A stretch of 46,939 nucleotides of DNA. It comes from a virus (taxonomy: Duplodnaviria > Caudoviricetes). Location: the IMG/VR virus record IMGVR_UViG_3300033406_000010, positions 1 through 46,939 of that record; one strand, written 5' to 3'. Made by a program: the position numbers and the translations under genes. Every line of letters begins with the position of its first letter. Within the stretch, counting starts at the first letter, position 1. Of this stretch, positions 1 to 8,525 are shown piece by piece. Under the pieces are notes generated by a model. It made no database searches and was not told the DNA's origin. It saw only the letters and a list, made by a program, of their open reading frames with translations.

Positions 1-42
1 GACAATACTGGACCTGATGGGCCCGTGAATGCCTGAACACAG

Positions 43-76
43 CAGAAGCCCGTCGCCGTGAGGCTTCGGGCTTCTG
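43..76. terminator. Hairpin, probably the original host terminator downstream of the tRNA
   Basis: 10-bp inverted repeat CAGAAGCCCG (43-52) / CGGGCTTCTG (67-76), directly beside the displaced tRNA 3' end. Confidence 0.6.
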
Positions 77-77
77 G

Positions 78-131
78 TCTGGTGGTCCCGGGCAGAATTG
101 AACTGCCGACCTACCGCTTAGGAGGCGGTCG
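78..131. repeat. att core, left copy (displaced tRNA 3' part)
   Basis: TCTGGTGGTCCCGGGCAG...GGAGGCGGTCG is identical to 46483-46536. Confidence 0.97.
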
Positions 132-155
132 TGTTTGTGTATAACATCTTTAAAA

Positions 156-1304
156 TCATGTATCTATATCGTCACTTTTAGATTGCGCGAACTGTGGGGG
201 AACCGGCTTTTTTCTAAAGCCCTGGGCCAGAGCTACTTTCTCTTGCGCATCGGCCTGGCCCTTGGGGCGCATTTCAATGTATTTCATAGTGGTCGTGGGG
301 TCGTCGTGGCCCAGCATCTGTTGGATCTGGCTCATGTCGGTCCCGATTTCCCAGTGCCCGGTCGCAAAGGACCGGCGCATAGCATGGGGGGTGAGGCCCG
401 GGGTCTTGATGGCGATTCCTCCGGCCTTGATGGCCTTGCTGGTGAACTCTTTGGTGTGGGCGTTGCCGGTTGTGAGGATGTTCAGCAACAGGCCTTCATC
501 TGGCTTGTCCTTCCGCTCGTGGAAGGCCTCCAGGAAGTCCCGCAGCCAGCCGGGGATATCGATGATGCGGGTATTGCGGTTCTTGGTCTTCCCAGGGATG
601 TAGATCTGATTGCGCCAGTCGATCCACTCCCACCGTGCGGTCAGGGCTTCATCCTCGCGGATACCAAGGCCCAGCATGAGCCGGACGGCAATGGCAGGGT
701 GGTTGTCCTTGCTCCGGGCCTTCCGGGCATCGACCCCTGCAAGGAATGCCTGCACTTGTTCCGGCCATACGACGCTCTTGCGGGTCTTCTGGACCTTCAG
801 CTTTTCGTAGGTCCATGGGATGCGTGAAATCCAATGCTGCTTCTCCATGGCCCATCGGAAGAGCAGCTTGAGATACTTCTGGACCGTGTTCCACCCGCCC
901 TTGGTGCGGGGTCGCTCGGTCTTCCACCCATTCCCTGTGCGCTTGCCTTCCAGGAATGCCACCCGGAGGGCATCCACCTGGGCATTCCGGATCTGGTCCA
1001 AGCGAAGACCCAAAACGGGTTCACAGTGGAGCAGTATCTGGTTTTCGACATCGCTGATGTGCCGATCGGTGACGGACCCCTTCATCGCCGCTTTCCATTC
1101 GTTCAAGGTCTTCTGGAGGGTAGGGGCCTCCCTGGGCAGGTCGAAGGCCTCCTCCGCCCATTTGTCGGTTTCCTTCTTGAGCCATGCCAGAGCCACCTTT
1201 TCTGCTCTGCACCAGGTGTTCCCTCTGCGAACCTCGCCCCGAAACTTTATGCAGAAGTGGTAGTAGCCGTCCTGACCTTTGCCGAGTCCATTACGATATT
1301 TCAT
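156..1304 (-). CDS. int: Phage integrase (tyrosine recombinase)
   Basis: Catalytic motifs GIRED (R), KTK (K), HAMRR (HxxR), LGH and MKY (Y); next to att. Confidence 0.95.
   Translation of the reverse strand: MKYRNGLGKGQDGYYHFCIKFRGEVRRGNTWCRAEKVALAWLKKETDKWAEEAFDLPREAPTLQKTLNEWKAAMKGSVTDRHISDVENQILLHCEPVLGLRLDQIRNAQVDALRVAFLEGKRTGNGWKTERPRTKGGWNTVQKYLKLLFRWAMEKQHWISRIPWTYEKLKVQKTRKSVVWPEQVQAFLAGVDARKARSKDNHPAIAVRLMLGLGIREDEALTARWEWIDWRNQIYIPGKTKNRNTRIIDIPGWLRDFLEAFHERKDKPDEGLLLNILTTGNAHTKEFTSKAIKAGGIAIKTPGLTPHAMRRSFATGHWEIGTDMSQIQQMLGHDDPTTTMKYIEMRPKGQADAQEKVALAQGFRKKPVPPQFAQSKSDDIDT
189..204 (+). repeat. Candidate integrase arm-type site
   Basis: GAACTGTGGGGGAACC matches GAACTGTGGGAGAACC at 46352-46367 (15/16); both lie just inside the att cores. 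Confidence 0.6.
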
Positions 1305-2122
1305 AGATCAATCCTGAATTCCTCAGAGCCCCCTTGAAAAATAACCTTGGTGAACCCGGCTTCCTTCAGTTGGGGAAGAAGGGTAACTGCTCCATCTTTG
1401 GCAAAACCGTCACGGATGCTTTTGGCACGGGAGCCCTCGAAAAGGGCATAAGTCACCTTGCAGACCAGTTCGGTTTCGTTCTGTATTTTCCAGCTTGCAT
1501 GTTCGGATAGGCCTTGTTTTGAAAAACTACCCGTCAATTCCTTCAGGATTTGGTCTTTGCTTGGGATTTTGCTTTTGTCTGGTGTGGGATCAAACGGCTT
1601 GCCTTTGATTTTGGAGACCATCTGCCGCATGGCCCATATGAAATTGGCGTGGACGAAACGGGTGTCAACTGAATCGATTTTGGCGCCTGAAAACCGGACC
1701 TCAAGAGAGTTAGATCCTGCAATTTCTTCGAATTCAAATGGGGGGATGTTAAAGGAAACGTATTCCTCTACAGAGGTTCCAACGACCTCTCTGGATAAGA
1801 CCTTGCCAGTAAGAGTGTGAATCTGTCCGTTGCTGCATTTGACCTGAATCGATTCAAGGAAAAACCACTGACTGCTGCGGTAGTGGACTGTGAGTCGTGG
1901 GTTCGATTCCTTTTCGCGGAATACACTTACGGAAAAGGGGCTGGCCAGCTCATCGTCCTTTAGCAGGAATGGGAAGAAGTCTGATCTGGTGTAAGTGTGT
2001 CCGTCGAATTTATCTGTGTAGTCGCTGAGGTACGACTTGTAGCCAGTAACAGGCTCTGGAGGCGTACACCCAGCCAGAATGCCCAAGGCCAGTGCTGTAG
2101 CTATGAGGGCCGACCTGCTCAT
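1301..2122 (-). CDS. Lipoprotein, candidate superinfection exclusion or lysogenic conversion protein
   Basis: Hydrophobic N-terminus with lipobox LAGC; lower GC; between repressor and integrase. Confidence 0.75.
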   Translation of the reverse strand: MSRSALIATALALGILAGCTPPEPVTGYKSYLSDYTDKFDGHTYTRSDFFPFLLKDDELASPFSVSVFREKESNPRLTVHYRSSQWFFLESIQVKCSNGQIHTLTGKVLSREVVGTSVEEYVSFNIPPFEFEEIAGSNSLEVRFSGAKIDSVDTRFVHANFIWAMRQMVSKIKGKPFDPTPDKSKIPSKDQILKELTGSFSKQGLSEHASWKIQNETELVCKVTYALFEGSRAKSIRDGFAKDGAVTLLPQLKEAGFTKVIFQGGSEEFRIDL

Positions 2123-2130
2123 GTGACCTC

Positions 2131-2565
2131 CTAGGAAAGCTCGGCCTCGATGTAGGCCTTCATTTTTTCAGGCCGCCCCTTCATATTCTCGGCGACGGTG
2201 AAGGCCACATCGACCAGCTGATCGAATGGCAGATTTGGTGCTCGACGATGAACCTCTAGCATTACGGGTTTCAGGGTGTCCTTGTCAAAGCATGCATGAG
2301 TGTTGTAGTGGTGGGATTCCTCGGATACAAGAATTGCTTGGATTTCCTTGGGCCCTTCCCCTGTCATGAGCCACGGTGCTGCCACGCAGAAGTGTTCCGC
2401 TAAGAGGAGTGTCTGGACATTGCTGGGTGAGGTCTTCCCCTTTTCCCAGAAGCCCACTGCCGAACCGGAGACTGGAGGGACCAGGACAGCGCCAAGATCG
2501 GCCTGGGTCATCCCTTTGGATTTTCTTAAACTCTTGATTCTACTTCCGATGCCTTTTGTATCCAT
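2131..2565 (-). CDS. XRE-family HTH immunity repressor with no S24 autoprotease domain
   Basis: IGSRIKSLRKSKGMTQADLG...AVGFWEKG...WLMTGEG; start moved to the ATG at 2565; 144 aa; divergent from the early operon. Confidence 0.88.
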   Translation of the reverse strand: MDTKGIGSRIKSLRKSKGMTQADLGAVLVPPVSGSAVGFWEKGKTSPSNVQTLLLAEHFCVAAPWLMTGEGPKEIQAILVSEESHHYNTHACFDKDTLKPVMLEVHRRAPNLPFDQLVDVAFTVAENMKGRPEKMKAYIEAELS

Positions 2566-2779
2566 AGGGCCACGCAAAAAAAAATTGTGAAAATCCAAAA
2601 AATACTTGCAGGAATCGAACAGGGCTTTATTCTCTAGTTCAGAACCCACCCAGGGGACCGATGGCCCCACTGGAATTCAAGCCACACAAGGGCTAGCTCC
2701 CTTGGCGGGAACCGTATGCGCTCCCATAAGGATACGTTTGTTTGCACTCCTCACAAGAAATTCTTTTAGGAATGGGAAA

Positions 2780-3271
2780 ATGTCTAAGGAAATCCAAAAA
2801 AAGTTGTCCTACGCGGGATTTCAGCAGGAGGTCAAAGATTGGCTGAAGTCCATTCACGCCTTCCCACTCCGCTTCAAACGCTCAGATATCTGCCGTTTGA
2901 TTCATAAGGATGAGTCAACCTACTGCGTCTATCTCAAGGACGACCGGGCCACGATTCCTTCTTTGTGGGATCTCCTTCTGATCGCCAGCTTCACGAAGAC
3001 TCAGGATCGCTTCTTCGAAATTCTGGGTCGGTATTCCCATGTGGATCCTGGGCCCTGTGACTGTGACAACGATCTGCAGCTCCTGGCGGATGACATCGAG
3101 GCTTTCGGCGGCCTCACCAGCGCGATCAGCCGGGACTTGGCGGATAAGAACACGCCGATGCGGATCTCTTCCGAGGAGGCGCTGGCTGACCTGCCTTTGG
3201 CGGTGGCCTCTCTGGAGGCCGCGCAAAGGACGGTGGACCGCTTGAAGCGAATCGCTGGAAAGGGGGAATGA
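2780..3271 (+). CDS. Phage regulatory protein, CII (186/P2-type, YmfL-like)
   Basis: N-terminal HTH-like region and helical C-terminus with LAD...ISSEE; first rightward gene. Confidence 0.55.
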   Translation: MSKEIQKKLSYAGFQQEVKDWLKSIHAFPLRFKRSDICRLIHKDESTYCVYLKDDRATIPSLWDLLLIASFTKTQDRFFEILGRYSHVDPGPCDCDNDLQLLADDIEAFGGLTSAISRDLADKNTPMRISSEEALADLPLAVASLEAAQRTVDRLKRIAGKGE

Positions 3272-3272
3272 C

Positions 3273-3623
3273 ATGGAAGCTGTTGCAGAGAAGCGCCGCC
3301 GGGGTAGGCCCCGGCAGACCGAAGTCGAGAAGGCTTTGGCCCAGGCCGAACGGGACCGGGAACTCAAGTCTCTTGATCCAATGGACCCGCGCCTGAGCAC
3401 CTGGAAGCTGACTTGGCCCATGATCAAACGCCTAATTGCCGTCCATCGCGGGCGCGGCATGGATTGGACCACCTTCAAAGTGGCCGCTGCCAACAACGAA
3501 TTCGATACCTACGAGGATCGGACCCGCAAGAACAAGAAGGGAGAGCCTGTGGAGGTTTTCCTTTGGCCCCAGGTCAAGGCCTACCTGGATCGGAACGTGA
3601 TTCTGGTCAAACGCGCCGGATAA
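3273..3623 (+). CDS. Basic putative DNA-binding protein (AT-hook-like RGRPR; possible excisionase)
   Basis: Coupled ORF with RBS, K/R rich; function inferred from position only. Confidence 0.45.
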   Translation: MEAVAEKRRRGRPRQTEVEKALAQAERDRELKSLDPMDPRLSTWKLTWPMIKRLIAVHRGRGMDWTTFKVAAANNEFDTYEDRTRKNKKGEPVEVFLWPQVKAYLDRNVILVKRAG

Positions 3624-3677
3624 ACAAAGAGCCCGCTGTCACGGGCCCCTTAATCACTTCTCTGTTTTGGAGAGCAC

Positions 3678-3941
3678 ATGAACCATACACCTCAATCTTT
3701 CAGCCCGTCAAGGGTGATCCCTATCGGGGAAGATCCCAAGGTCACCAAGGCTGTCATGGAAGCGCAGATCCGGGGCATGCTCCAGGTGCTGCGGGATTCC
3801 GAGTCGCTGGAGCCCCTGGTGCTGGGAGAGATCGACTGCCAGTTGAAGACGCTTTCGCGGAAGGTCTTCGTTCTGAAGGCCCAGCACACCTTCAAGGCCC
3901 GAACCTCGCTCTTCGCGGGTGGCCGGGAGGCAGGGCAGTGA
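3678..3941 (+). CDS. Hypothetical protein
   Basis: GGAG RBS; stop overlaps the next start (GTGA). Confidence 0.7.
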   Translation: MNHTPQSFSPSRVIPIGEDPKVTKAVMEAQIRGMLQVLRDSESLEPLVLGEIDCQLKTLSRKVFVLKAQHTFKARTSLFAGGREAGQ

Positions 3942-4231
3942 CGACAGCGGTGGAGATGACCCCTGAGCTGATGCAGGCCCTTTCCATCGGGGACAAGATG
4001 GCATCCATTGCGGTCAGGCTGGCTGAGCGGCTGCGTGTCCTCCGGAAGTACCAGATGCAGGAGCGTGAAAAGAAGGTCACGGTGACCACCTTCCACGTAG
4101 AGGCCCTTTTTGAGCCTGAAGACCGGGAGGCCTTGGAGGCCTGGGAGAACCTGGAATCCCAGAAGACCTGGGCCAATTTCAAACACCAGGTCACGGGCGC
4201 ACAGCCTCTGTTTGAAGAGGTGGAGGGATGA
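3938..4231 (+). CDS. Hypothetical protein
   Basis: GTGA and ATGA coupling on both sides. Confidence 0.7.
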   Translation: MTTAVEMTPELMQALSIGDKMASIAVRLAERLRVLRKYQMQEREKKVTVTTFHVEALFEPEDREALEAWENLESQKTWANFKHQVTGAQPLFEEVEG

Positions 4232-4425
4232 GGCTCCGTGCTGTCGTGGATGCAAGCTATGTCGAGCTGCGCAATCACTTGATACCGCAGGCCGTGGAAC
4301 ATGCGGATCATGTGGTCAAGGGGCTCAAGCTCGGTTCCCATGATCTCTATGCCAGGGCCTGGAACCTGGCCTACTTCGCAAGGATGGATGATCTGGCGCG
4401 GGCCTGCGGTCTGGTGCGCCGATGA
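4228..4425 (+). CDS. Hypothetical protein
   Basis: GGAGG RBS, ATGA coupling. Confidence 0.65.
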   Translation: MRLRAVVDASYVELRNHLIPQAVEHADHVVKGLKLGSHDLYARAWNLAYFARMDDLARACGLVRR

Positions 4426-4625
4426 TGGTCTGCAAGCCCGCCGGGCTTTCCTACGTGTTCCCCGAAGGTTGGCACGTCACCTGTCATGTCTTTACGGGCT
4501 GGGAGGCCTCGAAGGACTCCCGGTATCTCGTCTCCCCCACCGAAGGGGGACTCTATTCCCTGGTGATCGAAAGCGAGCGCAGGCGGGGCGTGGCTGTGCC
4601 TGCCCGCGCAAGGAGGACGGCATGA
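4422..4625 (+). CDS. Hypothetical protein
   Basis: ATGA coupling on both sides. Confidence 0.6.
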   Translation: MMVCKPAGLSYVFPEGWHVTCHVFTGWEASKDSRYLVSPTEGGLYSLVIESERRRGVAVPARARRTA

Positions 4626-5146
4626 TCCATCACTATCCCGAACTGGGCCCGGCACAGGTCCAGGCCCTCGGGCATGTGCGCCGCTGGCATACCCGGCGCA
4701 TGAGCCGGGAGCAGAACCTGCTGGAACACGGGGCAGGGGTGGCGCTCCTGGCGCTGCATCTCGCCGGGGGCACCCTTTGCCCCACGGATGAGCGGGATCT
4801 GCTGCGCCTGGCGCTCCTGCACGATGCCCATGAGACGGAATTCGGCGATCTGCCCTATCCCTCGAAACGCCTGCTGGAGGCCAAAGGCATTCATCTCGAC
4901 GCCGATGCCCGCAAGAGCTTCTGGGGCGGCCTGGACCCTTACCAGGCGGTTTCCCCCCAGGTGCTTGATTACCTGGAGGTGGCCGATGTGCTGGATGCCG
5001 CCCTGACGGCCCAGGATGCCGGTCAGGAAGGCCTTGCCGCCGCTGTCGCCGATCAGGCCGTGGCTGAAGTCAACGCCCGGTTCACGGGCCGCGTGGTGGC
5101 TCGGGTCATGGAAGCCCTGGGCATTTGGATCGGGGCCACGCTATGA
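4622..5146 (+). CDS. HD-domain phosphohydrolase (YfbR/DatZ-like nucleotidase)
   Basis: RRWH...QNLLEH...LLHDAHETEFGD...ADVLDA motifs; AGGAGG RBS. Confidence 0.85.
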   Translation: MIHHYPELGPAQVQALGHVRRWHTRRMSREQNLLEHGAGVALLALHLAGGTLCPTDERDLLRLALLHDAHETEFGDLPYPSKRLLEAKGIHLDADARKSFWGGLDPYQAVSPQVLDYLEVADVLDAALTAQDAGQEGLAAAVADQAVAEVNARFTGRVVARVMEALGIWIGATL

Positions 5147-5385
5147 GTGGGGCTGGGGTTGAAACCTTTCCCGCTTTTACGTCGCGCTTGATGACGGAAA
5201 TGCGGCTGCGCCTGGATCTCCAGGAGCGGGATGCCCGCATCAAGCAGCTCCAGGCCGATGCCAAGGAAGCTCTTCACCTGGTCCGGGATACCAGCGATCA
5301 CATGGCGATGTGCCGACCGGCCCATGCTGCAGATGCCAACCATAGGGCGCTGCGGGTGCTTCAGAAGATGGTCGGGGTGGTGTAG
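5143..5385 (+). CDS. Hypothetical coiled-coil protein
   Basis: ATGA coupling; fills the gap before the initiator. Confidence 0.6.
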   Translation: MSGAGVETFPAFTSRLMTEMRLRLDLQERDARIKQLQADAKEALHLVRDTSDHMAMCRPAHAADANHRALRVLQKMVGVV

Positions 5386-6380
5386 TGGCTCGCCCTGGGC
5401 TATCACAGAACCGGAAGTTCCGGCGCCTGGTCCGGGACTTGGGTTCCACCATCATCGCTCGCGGGGTCCTGGAGCTGATCTGGGATGCCTGCTATGAGTC
5501 CGGGAACGATTACCTGGGCAGCGATGATGATGTGGAACTGGCGGCCTTCTGGGATGGGGATCCGGGGAAGCTGGTCAAGGCCCTGGCTTCGGCTGGCGGG
5601 GAAGGCAAGGCCGGTTTCATTGAACCCGACCCCGATTCTCCCGGCTGGCGGGTGCATGACCTTTTCGAGAATGCTCCGGATTACGTACAGAAGCGCATGA
5701 TGCGAGAAATCGCACGGAATGAACGCGGGGAAACCATTTCCACCCTGCGCCGGGAGGCCGGGAAGAAGGGCCGCCTGGCCCAGCTTGCGGGCAACCATCC
5801 GGCAAACGGTGGGCAAAAGGAGGATAGTTGCCCGGATTTGGGGACAAGTGGCGGGCAAATGTCCGACATTTGCCCAGAAAAACGGGCAAGTGTCGGACAA
5901 GCGGCGGCAAACGGCGCTACTCCCGCACCCGCACCCGCACCCGCACCCGCACCCAACACACCTAAAGAACCCTCCCTTCGGTCGGGTTCTTCGCCCGCGC
6001 CCCAGGATGTGCTGGATCTCTGGCAGCGGGTGGCGGTTCCTGCGGGGCTGATTCCAGTCCTTCAGGTTTCCAAGACTCTGCTGAAGGCCCTCGGGGGGTG
6101 CCTGGCTGTCCCCGGGTGGTTCGAGCTCTTCCAGGAGGCCCTGGTCTACGCCGCTAAGCACCCTGAGGGTGCCTGGATGCGTGGCCATGGCACCGGGAAG
6201 TGGACGGCGGATCTTGGCTACTTCCTGAAACCCGATGCGGCGGCCAAGACGGCAGCCAGGGGCCGGGCGGCGCGGGCATCGCCCACGGCATCCCGCACCT
6301 CGGCGGCTGATGAAGCCCTGAAGCAGCAGCTCTCCCGAATGCCCATCGAAACCCTTTCATCTGCGGTAGGTGCTCCATGA
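5385..6380 (+). CDS. Phage replication initiator (O-like)
   Basis: N-terminal GVLELIW...WRVHD domain, repeat-rich linker with (PA)5, directly upstream of a DnaC-like ATPase. Confidence 0.75.
   Translation: MARPGLSQNRKFRRLVRDLGSTIIARGVLELIWDACYESGNDYLGSDDDVELAAFWDGDPGKLVKALASAGGEGKAGFIEPDPDSPGWRVHDLFENAPDYVQKRMMREIARNERGETISTLRREAGKKGRLAQLAGNHPANGGQKEDSCPDLGTSGGQMSDICPEKRASVGQAAANGATPAPAPAPAPAPNTPKEPSLRSGSSPAPQDVLDLWQRVAVPAGLIPVLQVSKTLLKALGGCLAVPGWFELFQEALVYAAKHPEGAWMRGHGTGKWTADLGYFLKPDAAAKTAARGRAARASPTASRTSAADEALKQQLSRMPIETLSSAVGAP
5788..5954. repeat. Iteron cluster, probable phage replication origin
   Basis: About ten GG(G/A)CAA-type copies, perfect inverted repeat GGGCAAATGTC-C-GACATTTGCCC (5853-5875), and (CCCGCA)5 at 5922-5951, all inside the initiator gene. 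Confidence 0.65.
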
Positions 6381-7087
6381 CGGCTTTCCACGAACGAACG
6401 AAATTCCTGCTCCGTGAGGCTGGCGTATGCACCCACGAACTGGAGGCCCTGGATTACCCCGCCATCCACACCGTTCCCCCGATGGTTCCGCCCGGGTTTG
6501 GGGTCTACGAACTGGGCATGCCCCTGACTCGGGACGCCCGCATGGGGTGGGGCCTGTGGGGTGGGACTGGGAACGGCAAGACGTGGCTCATGGTGCAAGC
6601 CCTCGCCGAGGTAGTGGAACGCCGGGTGCGGGCCTGCGGCAGGCCCAGTGCGGCGCTGCCCCCCTGCGATCACTGGATGATGTGGGTGTCCTGGCCTGAG
6701 AAGGCTGATTCCCTGAAGCGCAATGTCATCGGCGGCGGCGGGGCCATCAAGACCTGGATTCAGGAGGCCAAGTGGGTGCGCTTCCTGGTGCTGGATGATC
6801 TGGGTGGGGAGCGGAGCCGGGGCGAGGATGACTACGCCCGGGGGGTGCTGTCGGAGGTGCTGGATACGCGCTACCGCAAGGGCCTGCCGGTGTGGTGGAC
6901 CAGCAACCTGGATCCGGAGGGGATGGTGGATGCCTACAAGAGCCGCCTGGCGAGCCGGATCCTGGGCACCTGGCGCCCGCTGAACGTGCAGGGCGAGGAT
7001 CTGCGGCTGGGGGCCCCCCTGCCGTCGCCGGTCGCCGCTCCGCCCCCGGTGGTGGATTTCCGCAAGGCTGCCGGGGGTGACGCATGA
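6377..7087 (+). CDS. DnaC/IstB-like AAA+ helicase loader
   Basis: Walker A GGTGNGKT, Walker B LVLDDLG, TSNL, RLASRI. Confidence 0.9.
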   Translation: MTAFHERTKFLLREAGVCTHELEALDYPAIHTVPPMVPPGFGVYELGMPLTRDARMGWGLWGGTGNGKTWLMVQALAEVVERRVRACGRPSAALPPCDHWMMWVSWPEKADSLKRNVIGGGGAIKTWIQEAKWVRFLVLDDLGGERSRGEDDYARGVLSEVLDTRYRKGLPVWWTSNLDPEGMVDAYKSRLASRILGTWRPLNVQGEDLRLGAPLPSPVAAPPPVVDFRKAAGGDA

Positions 7088-7416
7088 GCAGTCTGAGCCG
7101 TGGCCAGCTCCTGGCCCGCCTGAAGGCCAGCCTGACGCTGATTGGGATGGAGGATGCCGAGGCTGCGAAGATCAGCGCCAGCCAGTGCCGGGTGATTTTC
7201 AAGGAGTTCCAGGGCCAGAAGATCTATTTCCAAAAGGGCCGCAAGAGCCCGAAGCAGTTCAACAACGAGGCGGAGCGCCGGGCCATCTACCTGGAGTGGT
7301 GGACCAATCGGCCCACGGGGCCGGATCTCCAGGAGTTCCTGGCCCGCCATGACCTGACGGCCACCCGCCTGGAGCAGATCGCCGATGAAGGCAGGAAGCG
7401 GAAATGGGCAGCCTGA
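7084..7416 (+). CDS. Mor/C-like transcription activator (candidate late activator)
   Basis: EFQGQKIYFQKG resembles the Mor-family GGxxxYxP strand; C-terminal HTH-like LARHDLTATRLEQI. Confidence 0.6.
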   Translation: MSSLSRGQLLARLKASLTLIGMEDAEAAKISASQCRVIFKEFQGQKIYFQKGRKSPKQFNNEAERRAIYLEWWTNRPTGPDLQEFLARHDLTATRLEQIADEGRKRKWAA

Positions 7417-7610
7417 CTCAGGTTCACCCCCTCCGCGCGGCAAACCCCGATGTGGGCTGCGGGTGGCTCTGCGAGACGGCGGGCCAGCGCACCCGGGACG
7501 AGGAACTGCTGCTGGTCGAAGTGCTGGAAGAACTCCCCCACCAGGGCCGGGCTTTCCCCCTGTCGCAGATGCCGATGGACCCCGGCCTGGTTTTCAAACG
7601 TGTGAATTGA
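7404..7610 (+). CDS. Hypothetical protein
   Basis: In-operon ORF overlapping the previous stop. Confidence 0.5.
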   Translation: MGSLTQVHPLRAANPDVGCGWLCETAGQRTRDEELLLVEVLEELPHQGRAFPLSQMPMDPGLVFKRVN

Positions 7611-7614
7611 GGAG

Positions 7615-7929
7615 ATGGCTATGGAAGCTCATATGGAACCAGAGACAACGAAAACGGATGGCCTGCGGGTCTACGAAGTGGACGATGGCGGGGAATTGGT
7701 CTGGGCCATCACCGACGACCCCGAAAAGGCCCGCGCCATCAGCCGCGAGTACCTGCGTGGAGATGGGGAAACAGACAACGAAATCCTCGAACCCGAAGAG
7801 ATTCTGGAACTGCCCATGGATGCGGTCCTGGAGATTCGAGACGACGACACCGGGGAACTCTGGCAGAGGACCTGTGCTGAGTGGATCGCGAAATCTGGCG
7901 AAGGGTTTCTTGCCACGACCTGCTGGTGA
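7615..7929 (+). CDS. Acidic hypothetical protein
   Basis: GAGGAG RBS, in operon. Confidence 0.75.
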   Translation: MAMEAHMEPETTKTDGLRVYEVDDGGELVWAITDDPEKARAISREYLRGDGETDNEILEPEEILELPMDAVLEIRDDDTGELWQRTCAEWIAKSGEGFLATTCW

Positions 7930-7940
7930 GGGGGGACGAA

Positions 7941-8525
7941 ATGAACGAACTTTTCGACACCACTGAATTTATCCAAGAACCCAAGCATGGCGAGCTTTTC
8001 CCTGCTGGATACTTCAAAGGCAGGAAGAGGCCCACGGGGCTTGATGAGGACATCAAGGCGCTCGTCGTAGAAGACCTGCTCCCCGAGGTGTTGGCCTGGC
8101 TCCATGACGAGCCTGATGATGAGGACGAGATCCGGGATCAGCTCCTGGATGTACTCGAGGATCACCGCGACGGTTACGAGAGGGCCAAGCGCCTGGAGGA
8201 TGACCATTGCTGGGATCCCGATTCCGAGCTGGTAGACATCCTAGACGGCGTGTCGTTCTACAGAGTGCTAGGGCAGGCGGTCGAGGCGTGGATCCGCGAC
8301 AACGACCTCAAGCCGAAGCTGGCCATCCAGTCCCAGGTCAACGTCTGCAAGTATGGCCTCGGCAAGACCACCATCCCTGGCGTGATTGTCAACATTCGCC
8401 CTGGGGAATATGTTGTCGCCTGCCCTTCGGAGGGCCACGACGCGACGCGGCAATGCGGGTTCGTCCTCAAATGGGAAGACGTTGAGGCATTGAATGGCGA
8501 AGCCCTGGAAGGGGGGCTCCCATGA
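7941..8525 (+). CDS. Acidic hypothetical phage protein
   Basis: GAGGGG RBS, ATG at 7941. Confidence 0.75.
   Translation: MNELFDTTEFIQEPKHGELFPAGYFKGRKRPTGLDEDIKALVVEDLLPEVLAWLHDEPDDEDEIRDQLLDVLEDHRDGYERAKRLEDDHCWDPDSELVDILDGVSFYRVLGQAVEAWIRDNDLKPKLAIQSQVNVCKYGLGKTTIPGVIVNIRPGEYVVACPSEGHDATRQCGFVLKWEDVEALNGEALEGGLP

Noticed and set aside
78-131. Second tRNA gene
   Set aside because: Only the 3' part is present; the D-arm and 5' acceptor strand are missing, so it is the att duplicate
4622-5146. Z-genome (2-aminoadenine) pathway
   Set aside because: The HD protein is DatZ-like, but no PurZ or phage DNA polymerase is present
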